Of a stretch of DNA of 64,000 nucleotides, positions 45,575 through 64,000 are shown one piece after another. Each line of letters opens with the position of its first letter. The stretch's first letter is position 1. The position numbers and the translations under genes were made by a program. The DNA comes from the human T2T-CHM13v2.0 reference genome, Homo sapiens: assembly GCF_009914755.1 (NCBI RefSeq), contig NC_060926.1; one strand, written 5' to 3'. Below the pieces are notes generated by a model, which saw only the letters and a list, made by a program, of their open reading frames with translations, ran no database searches and was not told where the DNA came from.

Positions 45575-46736
45575 GTGGTCAGACTCCAGTCAGCTTAGGC
45601 TGTCATTAAGGAGTCTCAGAAAAAGCTGCTCAACCTGGAGGTGGTCAACCTGAAGTTTTCCGCAGCTGTAAGCTCTGTAGATGACCTAAGGACTCAGGCG
45701 ATCCTCCGGCACAAGGGTGCTTATTGTTTGGGAAACTCTGTTCTAAACAACAGAAGCTAAGAGTTTGCTATTATTTTCAAACTCAATATTCCATTGGCTG
45801 ATACATCTTTGTTACTGTAGCCCTTCCTTTGGGCTTTGTTAATTACTTTTTGTCTTACAATTTTTGCTTTCTGTCTTCTGATGCTATGTGTTTGGGCACA
45901 TGAATGTTCCTGTTAACTTTACTTTTGATGTTGATTAACCAATTTATAAAATGATTCAATTTCTCATTATAACTCTAATGTATTTTACATTGAATTTGAA
46001 CTTGTTTGAATAGAAATACCATAAACCCTGCTTCCTTTATGTTTAGCATTTTCCTAAGAGTCTTTATTCTGTAAATTTTAGTATTTCTTTATCATTTTTA
46101 TTTATATGTTAGGAGCCTAGACGCTTAGTTAGAGTTAATTTTTTACCTAGTATTTGCCCTTTAGAAATTTTTCCCATTTACTTTTATTGTCTTAATTAGT
46201 TTATTTGCCTTTTCTGATTTTTAAAGACTTCTCTTTGATTCTATTTCTATTTGAATTGTATATAACTTTCTTTAAGATAGACATCCTGTTTCAGTCCCAT
46301 TAGTCTTTTATTCTCTAAATCTAATCATTCTGAAACTGGTAAAAACCAAGCAATATTTAAGGGTTGAAGCTTAGTAAAATGGATACTATGTTGAACAGAG
46401 TCACGTGTTAAGTAGAACTACTAATGGCACAACTACAATAATTCTAGTAATTCTGGTAGGTGCTAATGTGAGCTGAGCGTTTACCACATGCCTGAAACCT
46501 GGGCTGAGTGTTTCTTTTTTTTTTTTTTTTAATTATACTTTAAGTTTTAGGGTACATGTGCACAACGTGCAGGTTAGTTACATATGTATACATGTGCCAT
46601 GTTGGTGTGCTGCACCCATTAACTCATCATTTAACATTAGGTATATCTCCTAATGCTATCGCTCTCCTCTCCCCTCACCCCACAACAGGCCCCGGTGTGT
46701 GATGTTCCCCTTCCTGTGTCCATGTGTTCTCATTGT

Positions 46737-50612
<3,876 letters not shown>

Positions 50613-50675
50613 TATGATGTTAGCTGGTTATTTTGCTCATTAGTTGATGCAGTTGCTTCATAGTGTTGATGGTCT

Positions 50676-51692
50676 TTACAATTTGGCATGTTTTTGCAGT
50701 GGCTGGTACCAGTTGTTCCTTTCCATGTTTAGTGCTTCCTTCAGGAGCTCTTTTAGGGCAGGCCTGGTGGTGACAAAATCTCTCAGCGTTTGCTTGTATG
50801 TAAAGGATTTTATTTCTCCTTCACTTATGAAGCTTAGTTTGGCTGGATATGAAATTCTGGGTTGAAAATTCTTTTCTTTAAGAACGTTGAATATTGGCCC
50901 CCACTCTCTTCTGGCTAGTAGATTTTCTGCTGAGAGATCAGCTGTTAGTCTGATGGGCTTCCCCTTGTGGGTAACCTGACCTTTCTCTCTGGCTGCCCTT
51001 AACATTTTTTCCTTCATTTCAACTTTGTTGAATCTGACAATTATGTGTCTTGGAGTTGCTCTTCTCGAGGAGTATCTTTGTGGCATTCTCTGTATTTCCT
51101 GAATTTGAATGTTGGCCTGCCTTGCTAGACTGGGGAAGTTCTCCTGGATAATATCCTGCAGAGTGTTTTCCAACTTGGTTCCATTCTCCCCATCACTTTC
51201 AGGTACACCAATCAGACGTAGATTTGGTCTTTTCACATAGTCCCATATTTCTTGGAGGCTTTGTTCATTTCTTTTTATTCTTTTTTCTCTAAACTTCTCT
51301 TCTCGCTTCATTTCATTCATTTGATCTTCCATCACTGATACCCATTCTTCTAGTTGATCGAATCACCTACTGAGGCTTGTGCATTTGTCATGTAGTTCTC
51401 ATGCCTTGGTTTTCAGCTCCATCAGGTCCTTTAAGGACTTCTCTGCATTGGTTATTCTAGTTAGCCATTTGTCTAATTTTTTTTCAAGGTTTTTAACTTC
51501 TTTGCCATGGGTTCGAACTTCCTCCTTTAGCTCGGAGTAGTTTGATTGTCTGAAGCCTTCTTCTCTCAACTCGTCAAAGTCATTCTCCATCCAGCTTTGT
51601 TCCATTGCTGGTGAGGAGCTGCATTCCTTTGGAGGAGGAGAGGTGCTCTGATTTCTAGAGTTTCCAGTTTTTCTGCTTTGTTTTTTCCCCAT
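50676..51692 (-). pseudogene. ORF1: L1 ORF1p, disrupted
   Basis: MGKKQSRKTGNS... to ...YQPLQKHAKL in one frame, with two premature TGA codons near 51400 and 51364. Confidence 0.95.
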
Positions 51693-52266
51693 CTTTGTGG
51701 TTTTATCTACCTTTGGTCTTTGATGATGGTGACATACAGATGGGGTTTTGGTGTGGATGTCCTTTCTGTTTGTTAGTTTTCCTTCTAACAGTCAGGACCC
51801 TCAGCTGCAGGTCTGTTGGAGTTTGCTGGAGGTCCACTCCAGACTCTGTTTGCCTGGGTATCAGCAGCGGAGGCTGCAGAACAGCGGATATTGGTGAATA
51901 GCAGATGTTGCTGCCTGATCATTCCTCTGAAAGTTTTGTCTCAGAGGAGTACCTGGCCATGGGAGGGGTCAGTCTGCCCCTACTGGGGGGTGCTTCCCAG
52001 TTAGGCTACTTGGGGGTCAGGGACCCACTTGAGGAGGCAGTCTGTCCGTTCTCAGAAGTCAAGCTGCATGCTGGGAGAACCACTACTCTCTTCAAAGCTG
52101 TCAGACAGGGACATTTAAGTCTGAGAAGATTCTGCTGCTTTTTGTTTGGCTATGTCCTGCCCCCAGAGGTGGAGTCTACAGAGGCAGGCAGGCCTCCTTG
52201 AGCTGCGGTGGTCTCCACCCAGTTCAAGCTTCCCAGCCACTTTGTTTACCTACTCAAGCCTCGGCA

Positions 52267-52449
52267 ATGGTGGGCACCCCTCCCCCAGCCTCGCTGCCTC
52301 CTTGCAGCTTGATCTCAGACTGCTGTGCTAGCAATGAGCGGGGTTCCGTGGGCGTAGGACCCTCTGAGCCATGCGCAGGATATAATCTCCTGGTGTGCCG
52401 TTTGCTAAGACCATTGCAAAAACGCAGTATTAGGGTAGGAGTGACCTGA
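52267..52449 (+). pseudogene. ORF0: L1 antisense ORF0 homolog, 60 aa, C-terminally truncated
   Basis: MVGTPPPASLPPCSLISDCCASNERGSVGVGPSEP...IRVGVT*, matching ORF0 in the L1 5'UTR. Confidence 0.8.
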
Positions 52450-53569
52450 TTTTCCAGGTGTCATCTGTCACCCCTTTCTTTGACTAGGAAAGGGAATTCC
52501 CTGACCTCTTACGCTTCCCAGGTGAGGCGATGCCTCGCCCTGCTTCGGCTCATGGTCAGTGCGCTGCATCCACTGTCCTGCACCCACTTTCCGACACTCC
52601 CCAGTGAGATGAACTGGGTACCTCAGTTGGAAATGCAGAAATCACCCATCTTCTGTGTCGCTCATGCTGGGAGCTGTAGACTGGAGCTGTTCCTATTCGG
52701 CCATCTTGCTGAGTGTTTCAAAGAATGCCTCAATGACAGTTTGCTAGGCCAAAGGGGTAGCAGGGGATGGAGCTGGAACCTGAACTGCAGGCTGTGTGAT
52801 TCTGGAGGCCAAATCCCAACTCAGAAGGAAGGTCCTCAGAAATCTTGGAAGGAACAGCCTCTCCCAAAGTGGCCTTCTGTGGCTCCTCCAGGGATGTTCA
52901 GAAGGTCTCCTTAGCCAAAGATAACTGGTCCTGGGAAAACACCACTTAAATCCACTTAAAGCAGGACCAAAATTTGACATTCAGTAAAAGAATAATAGGT
53001 TTAATTGTGATTTTATCTTGAAAAATAGAGTGAAAATTATGAAAATAAGTTTATCTTACATTTATTAAAATGCACATTATAATTGTAATTATGTATGTGC
53101 TAATTTGTAAGATAGAAAAGGAACAAACTGAGTGGTATTAGGGTGGCTTTTGGGTACAACATTCCCGACAAAAGAGTAGGGTAGCTCATCAGGACATCCT
53201 TTACTTCACACAGAGTGTTACATCACAAGCATAAGGAAAGTGTCTCTTTTATTAAAAAAAAAAATAGATGCAAAGGATTCATATATTTCCCTGATGCCTC
53301 TCTTAATCCTTTGGCATTAAAATCACTTTCTTTTGCAGTGCCTAAGCATTGGTTTTCCTTTCCATTTATAACTGGAGAAATTGCCAAACTAAACAGGTTA
53401 GTAGTTTTACATGTGGTTCGTACAATTTTCCAACATCACTTTTGTCTCCTTCATGAAATCCCACCATCTTTTGCAAGAGGTGTTATTTCACCGCGCAATT
53501 CACTTGCATTGCCCTTTCATTGTATTGTGTGGCCTTGTGCTACTGTCTGACAAACAAGGTGGGGCAAAC

Positions 53570-54403
<834 letters not shown>

Positions 54404-54800
54404 TTAAGTGGAGAGGGAAGTCTGAATGGGAAAAAACTTTACAGGTGGTCAATTTGTTATGGACCTTCTCATTTTATAAGTTGCCCTTGCTACATTACCT
54501 CATAACTGTGGTGATTTGGATAATGACTACTAGGCTAATGTAATCTCCTATAGTTTCCCTTCTAAAGGAAGCAGAAGATTTCCCTTCTATTGAGAAGAGA
54601 GTAGAAACAGAACCAAGGATAAATTGGACTTCCGTTGGGGGATGGATATATTTGTATACACATACACGCATACAGAAAATTGTCATCTATATTGCATGAG
54701 TGAATTTACTGAGTTAGCTAGGAGTGATGGGCATTTTGATCGCTAGAAATGCTTTCTGGCATTTTAAAGCATGAAGACATATTTAAAATTTAAGATTTTA

Positions 54801-55116
<316 letters not shown>

Positions 55117-55739
55117 TTAAGCCTTAACTTAACCACCAGTTTCATAATATCACCTGATTTACAAGGTTTAATGAGCAAAATGAAAGTTTCAAAAAGGAAT
55201 TAAGTTGAAAATCTCTCCCTGTTGTATCATACTTTCAACGGCTTAAGAAAAAAAAAGTTAACTTCTGATTCCTTCTGTGAGTCTATCAGAAGATCTGAAA
55301 TGAATGCCATCTAGAATAATGATCAAAATCTACTTGGTTCTATACATTCAGGGTAATTTCCCTCTTTTTGAACATTCTGCTTGTTAATATGGGACAAATA
55401 ATGACAAAGGAAGCAGAATGCATCATCCTGATAAAAAGCTTAGTACAGGCTCTGCTTTCAAAGAAAAGCGCTGGTTTGTAGCTGGTGTTTTTCACTTATT
55501 TTCAAGATGCTATCTTATTAGTATCCACTCAAATAGGAAACAGACCACTCAGTAGTGTAAAGGATTCTTTTAAATTTATCACCCCTTCAACAAACAGTCA
55601 CAGGGCCCTCTGGAAGGCTGACCATGACCCACAGCCCAAAGCCCTCATGCATCCCCAGCCTTTCATCTCTGGAGTCTCCTTGTCTCCTCTGGTTGCTCTC
55701 TGGGAGCCAGGTCCTGGCATAACTGCACTAGTCCAAGCC

Positions 55740-56210
55740 AAAAGCCTTAGTATGGGTTGCTCCAGAAGTGGACTCTGAGACAAGGATTCCAGGGTAAATA
55801 GCTTCTTTGGGAGGTAACAGAAATACCAGTAGGAGAGTTGGGGAGAGAAACAGGGAAAAGAAAGCAGTCCAAAGTGGGTACTATCAAACACTGTGGCCAA
55901 CTGGAGCTTAACCTTCTGGGGAAATGACCTGGGAACCAGCGTAGAACACACAGCTCAGCTCAGGGGTGGAGGGCTGGAGTATTTATATTGAGTATTTCAA
56001 CCAACTCTTATCAGTTGAAGGCTGCTTGCTACAGGCATTAATTCTCTGGCACTTCCAGTCTGCCATAGACAAAGGCAAAGTGGGATTTTGAGGCCATTGA
56101 AAACTCTCAGTCAAAGAGATTCAGTTAGTGGCAGTTGGAAGTCAGACTGGCAACTGTTAAGGTAGGTCCGGAGGGCCAGAGGATGGGGCAGGCATCCACA
56201 GCATCTGCTC
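55740..56210 (-). mobile_element. LTR16-like ERVL LTR
   Basis: gggttgctccagaagtggactctgagacaaggattc...tttgggaggt. Approximate. Confidence 0.6.
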
Positions 56211-56374
56211 CATCATGGCTCTCTCTAAGTATGCTCTCTTCCTATTACCACCAACTCAGGGAAGCTATTTTCTTGTCTTGGAGTGGGGAGAACTCTACTC
56301 TCTCTACTCCATTTTTCTCAAAAACGTTGTGGAGTTTTTAAATTCTCTAAGTTCTTCTAAAGAACTAAGTTTTG

Positions 56375-56588
56375 GGTTGGGCACGGTCGCTCATGCCAGT
56401 AATCCCAGCACTTTGGGAGGCAGAGGCAGGCAGATTACCTAAGGTCAGGAGTTCGAGATCAGCCTGTCCAACATGGTGAAACCCCATCTCCACTAAAAAT
56501 ACAGAAATTAGCCAGGCATGATGGTGCATGCCAGCCTGGGCAACAAGAGTGAAACACTGTAAACAACAACAACAACAACAAAAAAAAA
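56375..56588 (+). mobile_element. AluS with large right-arm deletion
   Basis: ...ggtgcatgcc joins directly to agcctgggcaacaagagtg; (AAC)n tail. Confidence 0.88.
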
Positions 56589-57904
56589 CCACACTGTTTT
56601 GGAAACACCAAAGCCAGAAATGCACAGGTCTCTTTGACTCTCTATTCTAACATATTGTCACATAAGAAAATGGACACAGAGCAAACAGTCTGTACGATGG
56701 ATAAAAACAAAGGTGGAAATAATGGGAGGTTTATCTCAGAACTTTATCCTTTCCTAGAATCCACTGTTGTTACTACCAACACGACCATTAGTTATTTTAT
56801 CACTGTGAGTACATCAGAAAACATTATTATGAAAACACTCATGAATACTAATATTAGCAAGAGTGAACCACTATGGTCAAAAAAATAATATGCAATCTTT
56901 GACATTAGGAGCTCATAGTTCAAACTTGTTTTTATTAAAATCCATCAGAGTATTTCTCTTTAAGCTATGATGGAATGACTTGCAGTAGACTAATGCTTCA
57001 GCTGAAAGCAAGTAGAAAAGCTGGAGAAAAAACAAGATAAGCTTGTTTGAAGGCATTGGAGAGATGCTGGGATAGATGCCAGGACTTTAGGGGCCAAACT
57101 CCTAGAGAAAAGGGAAGTTCATTGAGGAGAACTCAGTAATTTTTATTCTACTCATCCTCTTAGGACATTTGCTGATTCCTGATCCAAAGACAGTAAGGTT
57201 AAACTGGGCAAAAAAAAAAAAAAAAAAAAAAAGGATGCCAAGAATCAAATAAGTCTGAAGAACTTTTAATAATCTCAAATAGGAGTGGAAAGGCAAACAG
57301 GAACTTAGGGTTGCCAAGGCAGTCAACACTTGAAGGGCCAAGCATTCAAAGAGAAGTGAAGTTCAGAAAAGTGGGCCTAATATGCCACACTAGTTTCTGC
57401 ATTGAGACATTTGGTGATTCTTAATTTTTGCAATGCAAAAGGCTCAGAAATCTCTGACAAAACAGCTGGAAAATAAAACAGAGGTTTTAGTGGCCTTACA
57501 TAGCTGGGGAGACAAAAATTGGAGTCTAGTCTTTCCAAGCTCTAGTAAACGCCCTAGATCTCTGTTTAGAGTCTTGGGTATATACTAAATGTAGATTTGA
57601 ATGAGAGACAGATTCAGTCTTACAAAGGCTGCAACATAGCTTTGAGCCAGGGATTTAAGTAAACTGCCCATATTTGAGTTGTCTGGCAGAGAATAGGATT
57701 AATCCTCTCTGAAGGAAGATAAATCATTCTCAGACTTTTCAATTTTTGTGTATAATATTTGCCTCTTAATTAAAGTATCAGGTATATATGACACAAAGTT
57801 AATAGAAACAGGCAGTAAAAATAGACCCAAAAATGATCAAGATATTTCAGTTATTAGACACAGATATTCATATATCCTTTTTTTGAAAGAAGATGGCAAG
57901 ATAA

Positions 57905-58219
<315 letters not shown>

Positions 58220-59431
58220 TAAAGAATTTCAACAGAAAACTCTAATATATTAAAGTATTATGAACATTCTAGAAATTAAAAATACATCTAAAATTAAGAC
58301 CTAATGAACACAACAGATGGAAAACAGCTAAGGAGAGGACTAGTATATTTGCAAGTCAGTAGAAAATTTTCACATTGACACAAAGATTAAAAAAAGAACA
58401 GGAAATATTTTTAAAATGTTAACAACATATGGATTAGAATGAAATGGATTAGAATGAAAAAGTCTAAAAATATGTACCTAGAATTTCAGGAGGAGATAGA
58501 TTGATTGGGATACAGAAATAATATTTAAAAAGATAATATCTGAGAGTTTTCCAGAACTGATGAAAGACATGACACCACAGCTTCAAGGATCATTCTTACT
58601 CTAAAACACTATAAACAAAGATGGAAAAAAAAACCCCACATACCTAGGTACATTATAGTAAAATGAAGAATCTTAGAGACAAAAAATCTTAAAAGCAGAA
58701 AAAAAAAGACACAGCAGCACTTTCAAATGAGTAACAAACAAATGATAAGGCTAACAGCTGACTTCCCAACAGAACTTCAGACACCTGAAGACAATGGAAA
58801 GATGTCTTTAGGCATTGAAAAGAAGTGATAGCCAAACTAGGAATTTATATTCAAAGAGATGCTTTTTTAAAATTAAGAAAAAATAAAAATACTTTTGAAC
58901 AAACACTGAGAATGTATCACCATGGGTACCCACACAAGAAACACTACATTGGGCTTTTAAGGCAGGAGGAAAATGATCCCAGACTGAAGTACAAAAATGA
59001 ATGGAGAATAAAGGAGAGACACACATGCACAGATGAATAATACATTAAGAAGAAGAACAACAACTTATGTATCCTAAAATGTATGCACATTTAAAGTTCA
59101 TGACAAGCATATCACAAAAAGCAGAAAAGGAATAGAGTTAAAAGTCCTAGCCTGGGAACTGGTAAGAGAATTAATTTATATTGAACCTTAAAAAGTAAAA
59201 AGCACAGGTGGTAGTCTCTAGGGTAGCCATTTAAAAAATAGTAGAAAAAAACTAAGAGGAAATACATAAAAACTGTAGAATAATAATAGATTTTTAGTTA
59301 TGTAAAAGAAGTTTTTTTTTTAAAGGCTAGATAAAAGGTGTATATAACAGGGAGAATGGCAGCTACCCAAACAAATTACTGATTACGTTAAGACAAAATG
59401 GCCTATTTAAAATACAAAGACTTGGCCACTT

Positions 59432-59735
59432 GGCTGGGCATGGTGGCTCACATCTGTAATCCCAGCACTTTGGGAGGCTGAGGTGGGCAGATCACCTGAG
59501 GTCAGGAGTTTGAGACCAGGCTGACCAACATGGCGAAACCCTGTCTTTACTAAAAATACAAAAATTAGCTGGGCGTGGTGGCACGTGCCTGTAATCCCAG
59601 CTACTCAGGAGGCTGAGGCAGGAGAATCACTTGAACCTGGCAGGCAGAGGTTGCAGTGAGCTGAGATCGTGCCATTCCACTACAGCCTGGGCAACAAGAG
59701 TGAAACTCCATCACAGGAAAACAAACAAACAAAAA
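59432..59735 (+). mobile_element. AluS
   Basis: Full Alu with (AAAC)n tail. Confidence 0.93.
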
Positions 59736-60008
59736 TACTAAGACTTAGGCTAGATGAAAACAAAACAAAACAAAACAAAACCCAAACCCAATTATATATG
59801 GCTAACAAGAGACACAGCTAAACAAATGACAAAATAGAAAGGTTGACATTTAAAGGATAAAGTGAACTGTGCCTTGCAAACACTAAGGAGAAGAAAGCTG
59901 ATATAACTGTACTAATCTACCAACTACTAGTCAACTGACAAGGTAGACTTTAAGGCAAGAAACATCTCCAGAGTTAAGGAGAGGCTTTTTTTAATAATAA
60001 AAAGGTTC

Positions 60009-60344
<336 letters not shown>

Positions 60345-61459
60345 TAATAATAAAAAGGTTCAAGCCTCAAGAAGCATATGAAAATTAATAAAAGGTTCAG
60401 GCCTCAAGAAGCATATGTATTTACTTAATTACATGGTTACAAACTATATAAAGCAAAACTGAAAGAAATAAACCAATCCACAACCTTACTGGGACATTTT
60501 AGCTGAATTTCTAATTAACTGACAGAACAAGGTAAAAAAAATTCAGTAAGGGCATAAAAGACTTGACTTGCATAATATCACTAAGAAATTTGACCTGACA
60601 TATAGAAAACTCCACCCCAAAACGCAGTGTTTTCAAATCTACATTGCATATTTACCTAAGTTGAACATTTTGTGGTCCATAACACAAGCAGTGAAATCAT
60701 TCAGATCATCTTACCTAAAAGTGAAATTAGGCCATAAATCAGTGACAAAATATAACCAGCAAATCCCCAAATTCTTGGAAATTATGTAATACATTTCTAA
60801 ACAAATCATGGGTCAAAGAAGAAATCAGAATGAAAATTAGAAAATATTTTGAAATGAGTGATAAGAGGCTCTGTTTTCAGCAATGGTGGAGGAGCCTGTA
60901 TTAGATTAACTCACTCACAAATAAAAACCGTAAGCTCTGGGGAAAATACTAACAATCTCTGAACAACAGCAGCAATGAAACCAAATGACTGTTTGTAAAT
61001 TAGTCATGTCATAATACAAGTGCTTAAAACCAGTAAAAGAAAAAAATTATAAAAGCTTCAGACAAGAAAGACAAATTATGCACACAGGAAGATTCCAGCA
61101 GATCTCTTGATGGAAACAATGCCAATTAGAAGACAGTGGAGCAAAATATTTAAAGTACTGAAAGAAAAAAATCTGTCAACAAATTCTTTATTCAGCAAAA
61201 ATGAAGACATTTTCAGGCATACAAAAGCTGGAGGAATTTGTCACAATCAAACTTGCACTTCAATAAATGTAAAAGGAAATTCCTAAAGCTGAAGGAAAAT
61301 GATACAAGATGGAAGTCTGAATCCACACAACGGAATAGGGAGCAGCAGTAATGGCAATTATATGGGTAAAAACAAAACTTTTTCTTACTATTTGAATTTC
61401 TGCAAAGGTAATTTCTGGGTAAAAGAAAAATAATAATGTACTTTGAGGTTTATAATACG

Positions 61460-62065
61460 CAATAATCCCCTCCTTATTCATGAGTGATATGTCAAGACCC
61501 CCAGTGATTGTCCAAAACCACAGATAGTACTGAATCCTAAATACATTGTAAACAAATTCCTTTTTCCTTCTTTGCAATTTCATGGATAGAAGATTCATTC
61601 TTACTGGAGGCCTTAGCAACCTCAGCGTGCCATTTTTTCTTTCCTGATTGTCAATAGCTTTCACCGCTTCACTTAAAGGAAGCACTTTACAGCTTCCTTG
61701 CCATATCTGAATTGCCATCATCACCACTCTTGTGCTTTGGGGGCATTATTAAATTAAATAAGAGTGACCCGAACACAAGCACTGTGACTCCATGACAGTC
61801 AAGCTGATAACCAAGACGTCTACTAAGTGACTAATGGCTGGGTAGCATATACAGCATGGATACACTGGAAAAAGGGATGATTTATGTCCTGGGTGGGACA
61901 GAGCAGGACGGTGTGAGATTTCATCTTGCTACTCAGAAAAGCATACAATTTAAAATATATAAACCGTTTATTTCTGGAATTTTCCATTTAACATTTTTGG
62001 ACCATGGTTGACCATGGGTAATGGAAACTGTGGAAAGCAAAACCACAGATAAGTGGGGACACCTG
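61460..62065 (-). mobile_element. MER44/Tigger7-type DNA transposon derivative
   Basis: Degenerate TIRs caataatcccctccttattc and gataagtggggacacctg; internal caagacccccagtg and ggttgaccatgggtaa. Confidence 0.78.
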
Positions 62066-62902
62066 CATATAGAAGAAAAAGGCATGACGGCAATAGCACA
62101 AAGGCCAGGAAGGGATAAATGGATATAATCTATTGTAATGTTATTAAACTATATGTATAGTGCTTTATAATACCATTTGAAGATAGATAATGATAAGTAA
62201 AATGTGTATACCATAAATCCTAAAGTGACCATTAAAATAACAAAACAGTTATAGCTAACAATAAAAGAGATAAAATTAAATCACAAAATACACTCAATCC
62301 AAAAGAAGGCAGAAAAAGAAGGAAAGAGAACACACAATAGGTGAACAAATAGAAAAAAAATAGCAAGATGATGGGATGAAACCAATTGTATCAAAAAGCA
62401 CATGAAATGATCCACTACCTCAATTTAAAGGCACAGATTCGCAGATGGGATAACAAAATCAAGACCCAAGTATGTGCTGCCTAGAAGAAATGTAAGAGAA
62501 ATGTAAAGACACAAATAGGTTAAAAGTAAAAGAATGGAAAAAGAAATACCACAGTAACACCAATCAAAAGAAAGCTTGAATGGGTATATTAGTATCAGGT
62601 GAAGTCAATTTCCTTGGAAAAGGACAAAGAGGGTCATCTATAATAATGAAAAGATCAGTTCATCAAGAAAACTTACAATTCTAACATTTATATATCTAAA
62701 ACAGGTCTTCAAAATATATGAATCAAAAATGGGAGGAACTGTGAGGAGAAATAGAGAAATACACAATTATAATATATTTCACCATCCATGTCTCCATGAC
62801 TGAGAGAACAAGTATACAGAGAATCGGTGGATAAAGAAGATGATCAACCCTATCAATGTACGTGAAATAATTGACATTTATAGAACACTCCACTCTATAA
62901 CA

Positions 62903-62977
62903 GCACATAGAAATAGACCAAAACAGACCATATTTTGGGTGCACTTAGAAATAGACCAAAACAGGCCCTATTTTGGG
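62903..62977. repeat. 38-bp tandem duplication
   Basis: gcacatagaaatagaccaaaacagaccatattttggg x2 with 3 mismatches. Confidence 0.9.
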
Positions 62978-63599
62978 CCATAAAACTATTCTCAATAATT
63001 TAAAAAGGGATCAAGTCATACAAAGTCATTGCTCTCTACAATGGCATTAAATCACAAGTAAATGACAAAAATCCATAGAAAATCCTCAGATATTTTGACA
63101 CTAGATAACAGACTTCTAAATAACCTATGGATCTAAGAAAGACAATCAAAAAGGAAATTAGAAAGTATTTTGCACTGAATGAAAATGAAAACACAACCTA
63201 CCAAAATCTATGAGATGCAGCTAAAATTATATTTAAAAGGAAATTTATAGCACTAAATGCCTATTCTAGAAAAGAAAAAAAATTCAAATCCAAGACCAAA
63301 CATTAAAAAGCTAAAATAAGAGGAGCTAATGAAACCTAAAGTAAGCAGTAAGAAAGAAAATAATAAAGATCAAATCAGAAATTCATACAGTAGAAAACAG
63401 AAAACAATAGTGAAATATCAATGAAACAAAAAACTGGTTCTTTGAGATTAATAAAACTGATGAACATCTAGTCAAATGGCTTTCCTGTGATTTTTGCTGA
63501 ACATTAGTTTCCAGGTTACTATCTTTTATTGACAGTATGTGTGTTACATACGTTGCTTTTTTTTCTCACTCTATTGCCCCCATTCTTATCCATATTATC

Positions 63600-64000
63600 A
63601 AGATTTTTATTGAAGTAGCTTAACTAGTTTATTTTACAGCTGGTAAATTTCCATTGATAGAATCCACTGACCTTATTCAAATTTCATAGGTTTTACAAGC
63701 CCTCGTGTGTGTGTTGTGTGTGTGTGTGTGTGTGTTTAGTTCTTTATATGTGTGTGAATTTCTGTGACCACTACCATAAGCCAAATACAGAACAGTTCAG
63801 TTGCAAATAGCCCTTATACTACCTTCACATATCGAGAGCCACCTCCTTTTTACTATCTCCTGCTTCATCTCCAATCCTTGGCATCAACTACTTTCTTTTA
63901 CTCCATAACTTTATCATTTTAATAAAATTGGATAAATGGAATTAAACAGAGATTGGATTTTCTCACTCAGCATAATTTTCTGGAGACCCATCCAAGTTGT
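63600..64000 (-). mobile_element. L1M(B/C)-type 3' end with (TG)n
   Basis: tttctcactcagcataattttctggagacccatccaagttgt is typical antisense L1M 3' sequence. Confidence 0.7.

Larger units (their letters stand above)
60866..63478 (+). mobile_element. Second old L1M (ORF1 end and ORF2 start) abutting or nested in the first
   Basis: ORF1-like ccagcagatctcttgatggaaacaatg and a second endonuclease region (aagacccaagtatgtgctgcctagaagaaa) recur after the first copy. Approximate. Confidence 0.7.

Overview
Human non-coding genomic DNA; two human-specific AluYb8 insertions indicate the species. The window opens inside a CpG-island promoter with GC boxes and a perfect palindromic NF-kB site. It probably belongs to a gene continuing left of the window, which I could not identify. 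The rest is repeat-rich: about 20 Alus, a near full-length dead L1PA4/old-L1PA3 (46.5-52.7 kb, minus), a complete MER41A solo LTR, a truncated MER50, MaLR/ERVL LTRs, a MER44/Tigger7 element, and old L1M, L2 and MIR fragments. I recognise no cellular protein-coding exon. ORF-track entries are L1 remnants, Alu-derived or chance. Signals not explained by repeats: (1) a ~125-bp inverted repeat pair 3.8 kb apart; (2) a chain of well-formed minus-strand exons that joins in frame; (3) two apparent templated-insertion repair scars; (4) an ancient diverged duplicate of promoter-flanking sequence; (5) candidate recursive-splice motifs and enhancers. I found no evidence of a new biological system. Repeat family names are from recalled consensus sequences, and boundaries of old repeats are approximate.
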